Source of the DNA: an uncultured bacterium | GTDB lineage: Bacteria; AUK180 | Length of the DNA: 42,310 nt | Assembly: GCA_937863565.1 (NCBI GenBank) | Contig: CALMGJ010000002.1 | Span: forward strand, 1 to 42,310 | Direction: 5' to 3' | Shown: positions 9,692-18,620 of the stretch, piece by piece | Position numbering within the stretch: position 1 is the first letter of the stretch | How the letters are laid out: every line of letters starts with the position of its first letter | Position numbers and translations under genes: made by a program | Notes under the pieces: model-generated | The model's database searches: none | The model's input: only the letters and a program-made list of their open reading frames with translations | What the model was told of the DNA's origin: nothing

Positions 9692-10546
9692 CTACCAGCT
9701 GCCTGAGGCTCCGCCGCCGCCGGACCTTCCGCCGCCGAAACCCCCGAAGCCTCCTCCTCCCCCGAAACCCCCGAAACTTCCGTTCGACCCGCCGAAACCG
9801 CTATTGTATTTCGAATAATAGAATTTATTGGGCGTTTTGATCTTATTGTCCGGCGACAAAAAAAGGGAAAGGAAGAATGCAACGCATGCCGCAAGAAGCG
9901 GCCTTGTATTTATTAAAAGCATGAACACGAAAATAAGGGTGAAATTCGCGCCGAACCTTATCAGAAATCCCGCGGACGCAAGGATCGTGTTCAAAAATCC
10001 GATGAGAAGAACTAGCCCGGCAATGATCTGGGGCAGGGGTTTTGATGCGATCTCCTTTCTCAGTTTTTCGATATTGTCGGCGCCGGAATAATACTGATCC
10101 GTGAGTTTATTGTGTATGTCGTTCACAAAAAGAAGGATGCCTTCGTAATACTGGCCCTTCCTGAAATAAGGCACAAGGTCGTCGCGGGCCAGCCGCCCCG
10201 CGTATGCGTCATTTATTATCGCTTCAAGGCCGTAGCCCACTTCCGTTCTGTATTTTCTTTCCTTCACCGCGATGAGAAGGAGTATCCCGTTGTCCTTGCC
10301 CTTCTTACCTATTCCGAGTTCATTAAAAAGCCGCAGCGCTTTCTCTTCAATAGTCTCATTCCCGAGCGTTTTCACGGTGACCACGGCGAATTCCACCGTT
10401 GTTTTTTCATTGAGATTGAGCAGCACATCCTCAATGGTCCGTCGTTGAGAAGAGTTCATCACCTTTGCTTCATCCCTGAGAAGCGTATCTGCGTGTGCAG
10501 CGGCAAGGATGAGAGCGAAGAGGAGTATCTGTATTTTTCTTCCCAT
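9692..10546 (-). CDS. TPM domain (YgcG-like) membrane protein
   Basis: AVVTVKTL, GIGKKGKDNGILLLIA..RKYRTEVGYGLE, TM helices, Gly-rich tail GGGRSGGGGASGSW. Confidence 0.92.
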   Translation of the reverse strand: MGRKIQILLFALILAAAHADTLLRDEAKVMNSSQRRTIEDVLLNLNEKTTVEFAVVTVKTLGNETIEEKALRLFNELGIGKKGKDNGILLLIAVKERKYRTEVGYGLEAIINDAYAGRLARDDLVPYFRKGQYYEGILLFVNDIHNKLTDQYYSGADNIEKLRKEIASKPLPQIIAGLVLLIGFLNTILASAGFLIRFGANFTLIFVFMLLINTRPLLAACVAFFLSLFLSPDNKIKTPNKFYYSKYNSGFGGSNGSFGGFGGGGGFGGFGGGRSGGGGASGSW

Positions 10547-10550
10547 TGGA

Positions 10551-11690
10551 TTATTTTACCGACTTTTCGGGAAAAAGTAAAGATTCGTACAGGGCGCCGA
10601 TCTCAGATATATAGCGTTCGGCCGAAAATTTCAAATATCTCGAACGGAGAGATCCCGCTTTTGCCCTGAAAGTCCCGAGATCCGATATCATTTTCATTAT
10701 TGAAGCGGCGATGATTTCCGGATCGCCCGCAAGGCCTTTCCTGATCCCTCCGCCGCAGACATTCACGAATCGATATGGCGTCCGGGCGGTCTTTTCGTAC
10801 AGAACGGCATTCTCACCGTTCACGGCAAGGAACGGAAAATTATCGCAATCCGGCGCGACCACGGGAATGCCTCTTGCCAGGAATTCGCACAGTGCATTTC
10901 CGAAACTTTCCGTAAGATTGAGAAAAAGGCCCATATCTGACCTTTTGTAGACAGTTTCGGGGTCATCCACCCGCCCCGTGAACTCTACGGTGCCATTCGA
11001 GATCTCGTCCGAAAGGTCTTTTTCCAGCTGCTCCTTCAGCGGTCCGCTTCCGGTTATGATGAACCGCGTTTGAACGGAGCGTTCAAGCGCTCTTTTTACG
11101 ATCTGCGGAAGAAGAAAGGCCCCCCTTTTCCAGTGAAGCCGACCTACAACCGCGATCCGGATCTTACCGTCGGAAGACGGCTCATATAAAGCGCCGTTGC
11201 CCGGGCTTATGAAATTTTCAACAACTGTTGTTTTTTTTATCCCCGATTTTTTTTCGGCAAGGATACGCGAAGTTTCTGAATTGCATATCCTTACCGTTTC
11301 TGCGAATGAAAGCGTTCTGTCTATAAGATCGAAAAATGGGTTCACCGCCGCTGCGGTCCCTCTTTCATATGTTACCGCCTTTCTCCCCGAAAGAGCCGCC
11401 GCAAGCCGGCCCCAAAGATTGCCCGTGAACGCATATGTCTGTATGATATCGGGCGAGAATTCATTTATGATCCTTTTTATCCTGAACGGAAGCCCCGCGT
11501 CAATACGGCATCTTCTGCCGAGAGCGGTAACGGTGTCCGGCGGAAGTCCCTTCGAAAAAATACCGGTATCGTTTATCGCCGCGACCCTGTGAACGAATCT
11601 TCCTTCCGAACCCCTTATGAAAGCGGCCAGCATCCTTTCCACTCCGCCTTCGCCGAGCGAAGATATGATATGGAGCACTTTAATCGCCAT
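10551..11690 (-). CDS. Glycosyltransferase family 4
   Basis: KVLHIISSLGEGGVERML, VGRL, ESFGNALCE; start at MAIKV (11690) overlaps the asnB stop. Confidence 0.85.
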   Translation of the reverse strand: MAIKVLHIISSLGEGGVERMLAAFIRGSEGRFVHRVAAINDTGIFSKGLPPDTVTALGRRCRIDAGLPFRIKRIINEFSPDIIQTYAFTGNLWGRLAAALSGRKAVTYERGTAAAVNPFFDLIDRTLSFAETVRICNSETSRILAEKKSGIKKTTVVENFISPGNGALYEPSSDGKIRIAVVGRLHWKRGAFLLPQIVKRALERSVQTRFIITGSGPLKEQLEKDLSDEISNGTVEFTGRVDDPETVYKRSDMGLFLNLTESFGNALCEFLARGIPVVAPDCDNFPFLAVNGENAVLYEKTARTPYRFVNVCGGGIRKGLAGDPEIIAASIMKMISDLGTFRAKAGSLRSRYLKFSAERYISEIGALYESLLFPEKSVK

Positions 11691-13464
11691 ACTGTTCCAT
11701 CCATACTGAAAAAGCATGAAGAAGAAAGATCCGGTGAACTTTGGGATATGTTATTTCACCGCAGAAAAGATCTTCCACGAATTGCCTTTTAAGTCCGCCG
11801 GAAATGACAAATTTATTGTAAAGGACCCTTTCCTTGACCGTGTTAAAATAGTGTTCGTTCTTATACCATTCGTGAAGCGGGGGAGAGAATCCCTGTTTCG
11901 GATGCCGCATAAGTTCCGGGGGCAGATGTTTTGCCGCGATGCGCCGGAGTATCTTCTTCGTTCTGAACATATCAAAATTCATTCCATCCGGGACAGACAG
12001 CATGAGCTCTACGAGTCTATGGTCCAAAAACGGTGTTCTTACTTCAAGAGAGTTCCCCATGGCGGCCCGGTCCACCTTCACCAATCCCGCTTCCGGAAGA
12101 TACAGGAACGAGTCGACAATGCGCGGTGAATCGCGGTTTAAAAGAACGGGGGTTAGTATGTGGTCATAATTTCTCTCTATGTAAAATGACAGCATCGCTT
12201 TCAGTTCTTCTTTTTTGAATATCGAGATGAACCGGATATATCTTCCGAGAAAATCAAGCGGCAAGTACGGGGCTATCCTTTCCCTGAGCTTCACCGGTAA
12301 AGATCCCACAAGACCCTTGAACCGCAAAACCGCATTCAATTTCAGAAAGGCCCCGTATCTTTTGTATCCTCCGAAAAGTTCGTCGCCGCCGTCGCCGGAT
12401 ACGGCTACCTTAACGTTCTTTGAGACCTCCCTGCAAAGGTAATAAGTGGGAATGAGAGAATAATCCCCGAACGGTTCATCATAGTTTTTAAGCACTTCCT
12501 CAAGCGAGAAAAGATGCGAAAGATCGCTGTAAATTTCCGTATGGGTTGTTCCGTATTTTTCCGAAACAAGGCGGGCAAGCGCGGCTTCGGAGCGTTTCCC
12601 CCCGAAATCGACGGTGAACGTTCTCACTGTCCTTAAATGCTGTTCCGAAGAAAGTGCCGTGATCAGCGCGGAATCGAGTCCGCCGCTTAAAAAGGTCCCG
12701 AGCGGCACGTCGGCATTGAGCCGGATCTTCACTGCATCGGTGAGGATATCTTCGGCGCGGGCAGTAAGTTCCGCAGACGGGATAACGCTTCCCTGCTCAA
12801 AGCGCGGCTCCCAGTATCTTTTCACTTCAAGGGTGCCGGCCTTGTAGACCAGCATCGAGCCGGGAGGAAGTTTTTTGATCCCTTCGTAAATGCTGTCGTC
12901 ACCCGGTATGAACTGATGCTGAAAATAAAGCTGCAGCGCATACAGATCGATACTTCTTTTAAGGGGGAATTTAAGAAGCGCTTTGAGTTCGCTTCCGAAA
13001 GCGAATACATCATCCCGCTGATAATAGTAGAATGGATTCTGTCCGAGACGGTCGCGCGCGGCAAAGATCTTTCTTTCCTTTTTATCAAAGAGGGCGAAGG
13101 CGAACTGTCCGTTGAGATATCTCAGCATGCCGGTGCCGAAATCCTCGTACAGATGAACGAGCACTTCGGTATCGGATCTCGTTTTGAAGATATGTTTCCC
13201 TTTTTCAAGATCTGCCCTCAATTCGGGAAAATTGAAGATCTCCCCGTTCAGGATGACGCAGACCGTATTATCTTCATTCCATATCGGTTGACGGCCCGTT
13301 TTGAGGTCGATTATGGAAAGTCTGCGGTGTCCGAAGAAAAAATCGCCGTCCGAATAGACCTGCTCATCATCCGGTCCGCGATGTGAAAGGGATGAACACA
13401 TGGCCTTGATAACGGCGCTCCTGTTAAAGTCGTTCCCGGCATGAAAACCGCATATTCCGCACAT
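11680..13464 (-). CDS. asnB: Asparagine synthase (glutamine-hydrolysing)-family amidotransferase, probably acting on cell-surface polysaccharide
   Basis: MCGICG Ntn start, HRGPDD, GHRRLSIID, NGEI, LSGGLDS, SGDGGDELFGGY, LEVRTPFLD. Confidence 0.93.
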   Translation of the reverse strand: MCGICGFHAGNDFNRSAVIKAMCSSLSHRGPDDEQVYSDGDFFFGHRRLSIIDLKTGRQPIWNEDNTVCVILNGEIFNFPELRADLEKGKHIFKTRSDTEVLVHLYEDFGTGMLRYLNGQFAFALFDKKERKIFAARDRLGQNPFYYYQRDDVFAFGSELKALLKFPLKRSIDLYALQLYFQHQFIPGDDSIYEGIKKLPPGSMLVYKAGTLEVKRYWEPRFEQGSVIPSAELTARAEDILTDAVKIRLNADVPLGTFLSGGLDSALITALSSEQHLRTVRTFTVDFGGKRSEAALARLVSEKYGTTHTEIYSDLSHLFSLEEVLKNYDEPFGDYSLIPTYYLCREVSKNVKVAVSGDGGDELFGGYKRYGAFLKLNAVLRFKGLVGSLPVKLRERIAPYLPLDFLGRYIRFISIFKKEELKAMLSFYIERNYDHILTPVLLNRDSPRIVDSFLYLPEAGLVKVDRAAMGNSLEVRTPFLDHRLVELMLSVPDGMNFDMFRTKKILRRIAAKHLPPELMRHPKQGFSPPLHEWYKNEHYFNTVKERVLYNKFVISGGLKRQFVEDLFCGEITYPKVHRIFLLHAFSVWMEQYGD

Positions 13465-13547
13465 AATTGATTTTATCTTATTTCGGTATTTTTTCAAAAT
13501 GCCGCGGTATGGCAGAAAACGTGATTTTTTGGATAAAAAGCCGGCTA

Positions 13548-13556
13548 TGGTATAAT
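13548..13556 (+). promoter_or_regulatory. Putative extended -10 promoter for the DUF3078-mscL genes
   Basis: TGGTATAAT at 13548-13556; GGAGG at 13568-13572 before ATG 13578. Confidence 0.5.
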
Positions 13557-13577
13557 ATCTCCTGAATGGAGGTTCAG

Positions 13578-14414
13578 ATGAAGAAGATCTTCGCGCTTTT
13601 ACTTTTCATCGTTCTTGTTTCATTTGCATCGGCGGCTTGGCAGAACAAAGGGGCCGTATCGTTCTCTTTCACGCAGACCGCGGTCAATGACAATTGGACC
13701 GGTGGAGAAAAGGATGCCATTACTTATATCGGCATCCTCGGAAGCGATTTCATCAATGATATGGAAAAATTCAATCTTACCATTAAACTTCAGCTCCAGT
13801 ACGGAAGATCCGAAATGCCTCATCTGACGGTCCCCAACCGCGTGATGATCACGGAGGCGGCTGATAAGATAGCCCTAAATTCCACGTTCATGTATAAGAT
13901 GAAAAAATTCTTGAACCCTCTTGTCATATTCACGCTGGATTCGCAGTTCACTGAGATAATGGACCCTTCCATTTTAACGGAAACGCTCGGTATAGGGCTT
14001 CGGTTCTCCGAGAAAGAGGCGCTCACAATAACCACCAAGCTCGGATTTGCCATGAAGCATCTTCTGGACGCGGAGGATAACGGATTTTCTTCAGCGGACG
14101 ATGCCGATACAACGGATAAAATAGAAACCGTGAAGACAGAGACCGGTATCCAGGTCATAAATGAATTAACGGCCGTTCTATGGAGGAAGATCTCGCTTAA
14201 AAGCGATCTTAAGTACTTCAATAATTTCTCTTTCGATTCTGCATACCTCAGATGGGATAATATCTTTACATTGAACGTTTGGAAGGCCATCGGCGTAGCC
14301 TTCGGCATCCAGTGGATCTTTACCCAGAATACGGGTATCAAAACAAATGTGTTCCCGCGTGACCATGAACTGCTGGAAACTCTTGCGATAACGATCAATT
14401 ATTCTCTGTTTTGA
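13578..14414 (+). CDS. DUF3078-like outer-membrane beta-barrel protein
   Basis: Signal peptide, W..G.V.F.FTQ...NW.GGE, L.YG, D.I.L, FTLDSQF, alternating beta-strands, terminal INYSLF. Confidence 0.7.
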   Translation: MKKIFALLLFIVLVSFASAAWQNKGAVSFSFTQTAVNDNWTGGEKDAITYIGILGSDFINDMEKFNLTIKLQLQYGRSEMPHLTVPNRVMITEAADKIALNSTFMYKMKKFLNPLVIFTLDSQFTEIMDPSILTETLGIGLRFSEKEALTITTKLGFAMKHLLDAEDNGFSSADDADTTDKIETVKTETGIQVINELTAVLWRKISLKSDLKYFNNFSFDSAYLRWDNIFTLNVWKAIGVAFGIQWIFTQNTGIKTNVFPRDHELLETLAITINYSLF

Positions 14415-14424
14415 GGAGTATAAT

Positions 14425-14892
14425 ATGTTCAATGAATTTAAAAAGTTCATAATGCGCGGCAATGTTGTCGATATGGCCGTCGGAATAATCATCGGTGCGG
14501 CTTTCGGCGGCATCGTGAATTCCTTCGTTAAAGACATCATAATGCCTCCTATCGGACTTCTCCTTGGAAAGGTAGATTTTACAAACCTATATGCCATACT
14601 GAAGAGACCGGCCGAAGCCCTGGTCGAGCATGCAACCCTGGCTCAGGCGCAGGCAGCCGGGGCGGTAACGCTCAATTACGGGCAGTTCATTACCATGGTG
14701 ATCAATTTCATCATCCTCGCATTCGCCATTTTCATGGTCGTGAAGGGAATGAACAAGCTCCAGGAAATATCGGCAAAAAAGGAGGCCGCCGCCGCACCGG
14801 CAGCACCCGCGACAAAGGCCTGCCCTTATTGTAAGTCAGAGATAAAGATAGACGCGGTAAAATGCCCTTTCTGTACTTCCGAGATCCGTTGA
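14425..14892 (+). CDS. mscL: Large-conductance mechanosensitive channel with C-terminal zinc ribbon
   Basis: [54 protein letters not shown] tail. Confidence 0.95.
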   Translation: MFNEFKKFIMRGNVVDMAVGIIIGAAFGGIVNSFVKDIIMPPIGLLLGKVDFTNLYAILKRPAEALVEHATLAQAQAAGAVTLNYGQFITMVINFIILAFAIFMVVKGMNKLQEISAKKEAAAAPAAPATKACPYCKSEIKIDAVKCPFCTSEIR

Positions 14893-14981
14893 GAGCGCGC
14901 TGATCCCGGATCTACCGGTTAACGGCCCGTTGTTCATTAATGCCGTTTTCGGACAACGAGAAAGAACATTTCTGAATATTC

Positions 14982-16646
14982 CTACCTGACGACGGTAATA
15001 ATGCGGATAATTTTATCGGAACCATTTTCGATATACGCGATATAGACCCCGCCTGCGGCCGTCCGGCCTTCTTTGTCCCTGCAGTCCCATGTTGCCTTGC
15101 CGTCAAGGCCGATGTCAAGGACCGTCATCACATTCTTTCCGGAGATATCGAAGATCCTTATCGTCGAGCCTTCCGGTATTCCCTCAAAAATAAGACCCTC
15201 TGCGTGTTCTCCCGGATTAAACGGGTTCGGGTAGATCTTCACCTTGTTCAGGTCATCCGGTACCGGCTCGCCGGCAGTTGTATTATCTATGGCAAATGAG
15301 GGTGAAACGGCATATTCGCTCGTTACGGGACCGCATAATGCGTATTGTACCGTATTTACGCTCCCGCCCGATGTGCTCCCGCCGATAATATATAAATGAT
15401 CGTTCACAAACGTGGCGGTGTGATCGCGAAGCGGTGCGGGAAGAGCATAAACCGAGGTCCGGAATTTACCTATGGTCCCGTCGGCATTTATTTCGGCATA
15501 ATATATCTTATCGGAAAGCTCCGAAGCTGTCTGTCCTCCGGTTATATATAAATACCCGTTGCCGATTGCGGATGCGTGATAGGCAAGGCCTTCCGGCAGG
15601 AGATTTTCCGAAAATTCGTAGGTGTCTATCGAATAGTTGATCGGGACTATCCTTGCAATGAGAACAATATCCGAATAATCGTCAGATTCCCCGGCGAGAC
15701 CTCCGCTGACATATATACAGTCATTAAGCAGCGCCGCGGAGTGGGCAGACAGGCTGAAAGGCAACGGCTGGGTCGAGTTAAAGGCCTCAAGATTACCGTC
15801 ACCGGTATCCCTCAATTCTGCTAATTGGGTCCAGTTCACCCGGGAATAGACCTCATGCATCCCCCCTATTATATATACGCACCTGTTATAACCTATAGCG
15901 CAATGATCATACATACCCTTTGAGGAGAACGCGGTGGTTTCGGAAAGGGGGGCCATATCGGTGCCGCCGAATTCTGCCGTATAAACTTTCTCGGATAATG
16001 TTGCCCCGTTCTTTCCTCCTGTTATATAAATATACAATGGGCCGCCAATGCCGTCGTTCGCGGTACATGTCGAATGAGAACTTAATGCCAAAGGGATCTC
16101 CTCCGCGGAAATACCGATACTGCTTATACTGCCGTCGGCATTCAACTTTACTAAATATATTGTATTCACCTGGGTGTCGGATACCAGGCCTCCCGTTACC
16201 AAAAGATACGGGCCGTCCCCAGCTTCGGCATAAACCGTTGAATGGTCTTTTATCGGGACGGGCAGCGTATTGGCCGAAACGGTGAACCCCGTTATGCAGC
16301 CCTCCGCTTTTGCCCTTAACCACACGGAGCCGTCCGATATCCCGGCAAGGTTATTGATGCCTGCCGTAGAACACCATGTTATATATGAAGATCCCGCGGG
16401 TTTATCTCCGTTATTCCCGATCTGCTCCTCGTCGATATCTTCCCAGACAAGATCATCAAGGCTGTATTGCCAACCGATGGTATATAGTGAATACTCCGCT
16501 GTATCGGTGACCGTGTAATTCACGGTAACCGTGCCGGAGTCGCCGGTAATACCGTCGATCGTCAATACGGGGATTGAGACGGCGGGCACGGGAATATGAA
16601 AAATACATGAAACTATGAAGATGAGCCGGAAAATCTTCTTCAGCAT
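14982..16646 (-). CDS. Secreted Kelch-repeat beta-propeller protein with C-terminal T9SS/FlgD-like sorting domain
   Basis: Signal peptide; about six L(P)..L..H....Y(I/V).GG repeats; KVKIYPNPFNP..IRIFDISGK.V..WD.RD..G..AAGGVY..ITVVR. Confidence 0.8.
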   Translation of the reverse strand: MLKKIFRLIFIVSCIFHIPVPAVSIPVLTIDGITGDSGTVTVNYTVTDTAEYSLYTIGWQYSLDDLVWEDIDEEQIGNNGDKPAGSSYITWCSTAGINNLAGISDGSVWLRAKAEGCITGFTVSANTLPVPIKDHSTVYAEAGDGPYLLVTGGLVSDTQVNTIYLVKLNADGSISSIGISAEEIPLALSSHSTCTANDGIGGPLYIYITGGKNGATLSEKVYTAEFGGTDMAPLSETTAFSSKGMYDHCAIGYNRCVYIIGGMHEVYSRVNWTQLAELRDTGDGNLEAFNSTQPLPFSLSAHSAALLNDCIYVSGGLAGESDDYSDIVLIARIVPINYSIDTYEFSENLLPEGLAYHASAIGNGYLYITGGQTASELSDKIYYAEINADGTIGKFRTSVYALPAPLRDHTATFVNDHLYIIGGSTSGGSVNTVQYALCGPVTSEYAVSPSFAIDNTTAGEPVPDDLNKVKIYPNPFNPGEHAEGLIFEGIPEGSTIRIFDISGKNVMTVLDIGLDGKATWDCRDKEGRTAAGGVYIAYIENGSDKIIRIITVVR

Positions 16647-16764
16647 ATCTCACTCCATACAAAGGTTTTTTTTATTGTGCATTTCCTTTTCATTATACAC
16701 TATCGGGGATTATATTCAATGTTTTTGGGATCGTTTTATGAAATTCCGGATGTTCGGGGGAAAA

Positions 16765-16841
16765 TGGTCGGGGCGACTGGACTCGAACCAGCGACCCCTT
16801 GGCCCCCATCCAAGTGCGCTACCAAACTGCGCTACGCCCCG
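16765..16841 (-). tRNA. tRNA-Pro(GGG), CCA encoded
   Basis: CGGGGCG acceptor stem, GCGC D-stem, CTTGG-ATGGGGG-CCAAG anticodon arm, GCTGG-TTCGAGT-CCAGT T-arm, ACCA end. Confidence 0.96.
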
Positions 16842-17149
16842 GCCTTTTTTGTTAATCTGTCTATCCGTGAAATAATAGAATCGACCTTGATTATAATGTT
16901 TTCTATGTTTTTGTCAACTTTTTTGGAAAAATTCTTTTTAATGCCTTTGAGCTGGACACCGCTGTCCTTCTCTTTCTTTATCTTACGCATTATTTCTAGA
17001 TTACTCCGCGTGATCTGCCTTCTTCCCTTTTCATCCGTCCGCACCTTCAGCTGAGGGAATTCCCTGATCCAGTTGCGGACCGTCTGCGTGGTCACCTTGA
17101 GTTCTTTGGCGACCTCAGCCGGGGTATAGAATATCTTTTCGGTGTTCAT
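16832..17149 (-). CDS. MerR-family HTH protein
   Basis: FYTPAEVAKELKVTTQTVRNW.REFPQL...GRR; lies between an HU/IHF gene and tRNA-Pro, a known synteny. Confidence 0.82.
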   Translation of the reverse strand: MNTEKIFYTPAEVAKELKVTTQTVRNWIREFPQLKVRTDEKGRRQITRSNLEIMRKIKKEKDSGVQLKGIKKNFSKKVDKNIENIIIKVDSIISRIDRLTKKAGA

Positions 17150-17159
17150 TGTCTAAGGG

Positions 17160-17191
17160 CGGCGTTGGGGGTCCGAAGACCCCCTCCGCCG
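17160..17191 (-). other. GC-rich hairpin with cUUCGg tetraloop between HU and MerR genes
   Basis: CGGCG-GA-GGGGGTC-TTCG-GACCCCC-AA-CGCCG on the minus strand. Confidence 0.65.
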
Positions 17192-17221
17192 TGCGTTTTG
17201 AATTGGTCAGGCCGGAAAAAT

Positions 17222-17512
17222 TTATTTTTTCTTGGCCACAACCGCTTTGAGGCTCGAGCTTGCCGAGAAATGAGGAACCGACTTGGCGGGGATCCTGATC
17301 TTGGCTTTCGTCTTGGGATTGATGCCCTGGCGAGCTTTTCTTTCCTTGACGGAGAACGTGCCGAAGCCGATGAGGGTGACTTTTTTCTTGCCTTTGAGGG
17401 CTTTCTTCACTTCATCAACAAACGCATCTACGGCCTTCTGGGCCTGCACTTTGGTCACGCCGACCTTGTCGGCGACTGTGGCAACCAATTCTTTCTTGGT
17501 GAGATTTGCCAT
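17222..17512 (-). CDS. hup: DNA-binding protein HU
   Basis: TKKELV, VTLIGFGTFSV.ERKARQGINPKT..I.IPA..P.F. Confidence 0.95.
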   Translation of the reverse strand: MANLTKKELVATVADKVGVTKVQAQKAVDAFVDEVKKALKGKKKVTLIGFGTFSVKERKARQGINPKTKAKIRIPAKSVPHFSASSSLKAVVAKKK

Positions 17513-17529
17513 ACTAGTACCTCCAAATA

Positions 17530-18543
17530 CTATAAAACGATTTCATCTTTTAATGAACGGGACATCAGCTCCCTGATTCCGTCCCCGGCATTCTTTTTAT
17601 CGTAAACTATATCTCTTATCACTGTTGCGATAGGCATCTCTATCTTTTTCTTGCCCGCGATCTCGGCAACGATCTTCGATGTCTTAATGCCCTCGGCAAC
17701 ATGGACCATCTTTTTCGATATATCCTCTATTTTTTTACCGCGCGCGAGCTCTTTGCCTACATGGTAATTCCTGGAAAGACCGCTCGTGCAGGTCACTATA
17801 AGATCGCCCATACCCGAAAGCCCCATGAACGTTTCCCGCCTTGCAAGAAAAGCTCTGCCAAACCGCATCATTTCATATAAGGCTCTGGTTATATAACTGG
17901 ATCTGCAGTTATTGCCTAATTTAAGCCCGTCAATTATTCCGGCACCGATGGCCATCACATTTTTAAGCGCCCCGCCGATCTCTACGCCCGCGATGTCATC
18001 GGAAGAATAGCATCTGAACTGTTCGTTCGAGAACATTTTCGCAATGAACCGCGCAAGTTCGATATCGCGGGAAGCTACGGAAACGGCAGTGATCTTTTTT
18101 CCCGCCACTTCCTCCGCATGGGACGGTCCTGAAAGAACGGCGAACTTTTTCGAAAGGGACGGACAGACGGAGAGCCAGATCTCGGAAGGCCTCTTTTTCA
18201 GAAGAAGGTCGTATCCTTTTGTCAGGCTGACAAGAGCGCGGGTCTTCCGGGATACGTTCTTCGCGCATTTTTCCGAAACATATTTAAGCCCGATCGTAGG
18301 AACGGCCGATATGATAACCTCCGCCTCGTCGATAGCTTCTTCAACCGTTTTCACGCCTTTGATGCTCTTCGGCATTTTAAAACCGGGAAGATATACCGTG
18401 TTCTCTTTCCGCTTATTTATCAGATCGACCACGCCGGGATCGTAGTCCCAGATCCGGATCTTGTGATTTTTATTCTTCGACGATGTTAATAATAAGGATG
18501 CCGCGGAACCCCAAGCCCCCGCTCCCAGTACTGCTAAATCCAT
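17530..18543 (-). CDS. gpsA: NAD(P)H-dependent glycerol-3-phosphate dehydrogenase
   Basis: GAGAWG, TKG, LSGPSHAEEV, GGALKNV, GMGDLIVTC.S.LSRN, AEG. Confidence 0.95.
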   Translation of the reverse strand: MDLAVLGAGAWGSAASLLLTSSKNKNHKIRIWDYDPGVVDLINKRKENTVYLPGFKMPKSIKGVKTVEEAIDEAEVIISAVPTIGLKYVSEKCAKNVSRKTRALVSLTKGYDLLLKKRPSEIWLSVCPSLSKKFAVLSGPSHAEEVAGKKITAVSVASRDIELARFIAKMFSNEQFRCYSSDDIAGVEIGGALKNVMAIGAGIIDGLKLGNNCRSSYITRALYEMMRFGRAFLARRETFMGLSGMGDLIVTCTSGLSRNYHVGKELARGKKIEDISKKMVHVAEGIKTSKIVAEIAGKKKIEMPIATVIRDIVYDKKNAGDGIRELMSRSLKDEIVL

Positions 18544-18620
18544 ATTGAGATTATAATACATTTTTTTAATAAATCAAGTTTTTTCTTTAATAATAAGGGT
18601 TTAGAACGGTCGGGCTTTTT

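Noticed and set aside
9700-9800. Repeated CCGAAACCCCCGAA units
   Set aside because: They encode the Gly/Phe-rich tail typical of TPM proteins; not an independent repeat or CRISPR.
16647-16841. Possible integrative element at the tRNA-Pro 3' end
   Set aside because: No integrase in the window, and I noticed no duplicated tRNA 3' end by eye.
16677-17054. ORFs spanning the tRNA (MVGATGLEPATP...)
   Set aside because: Classic spurious translation of a tRNA antisense strand.
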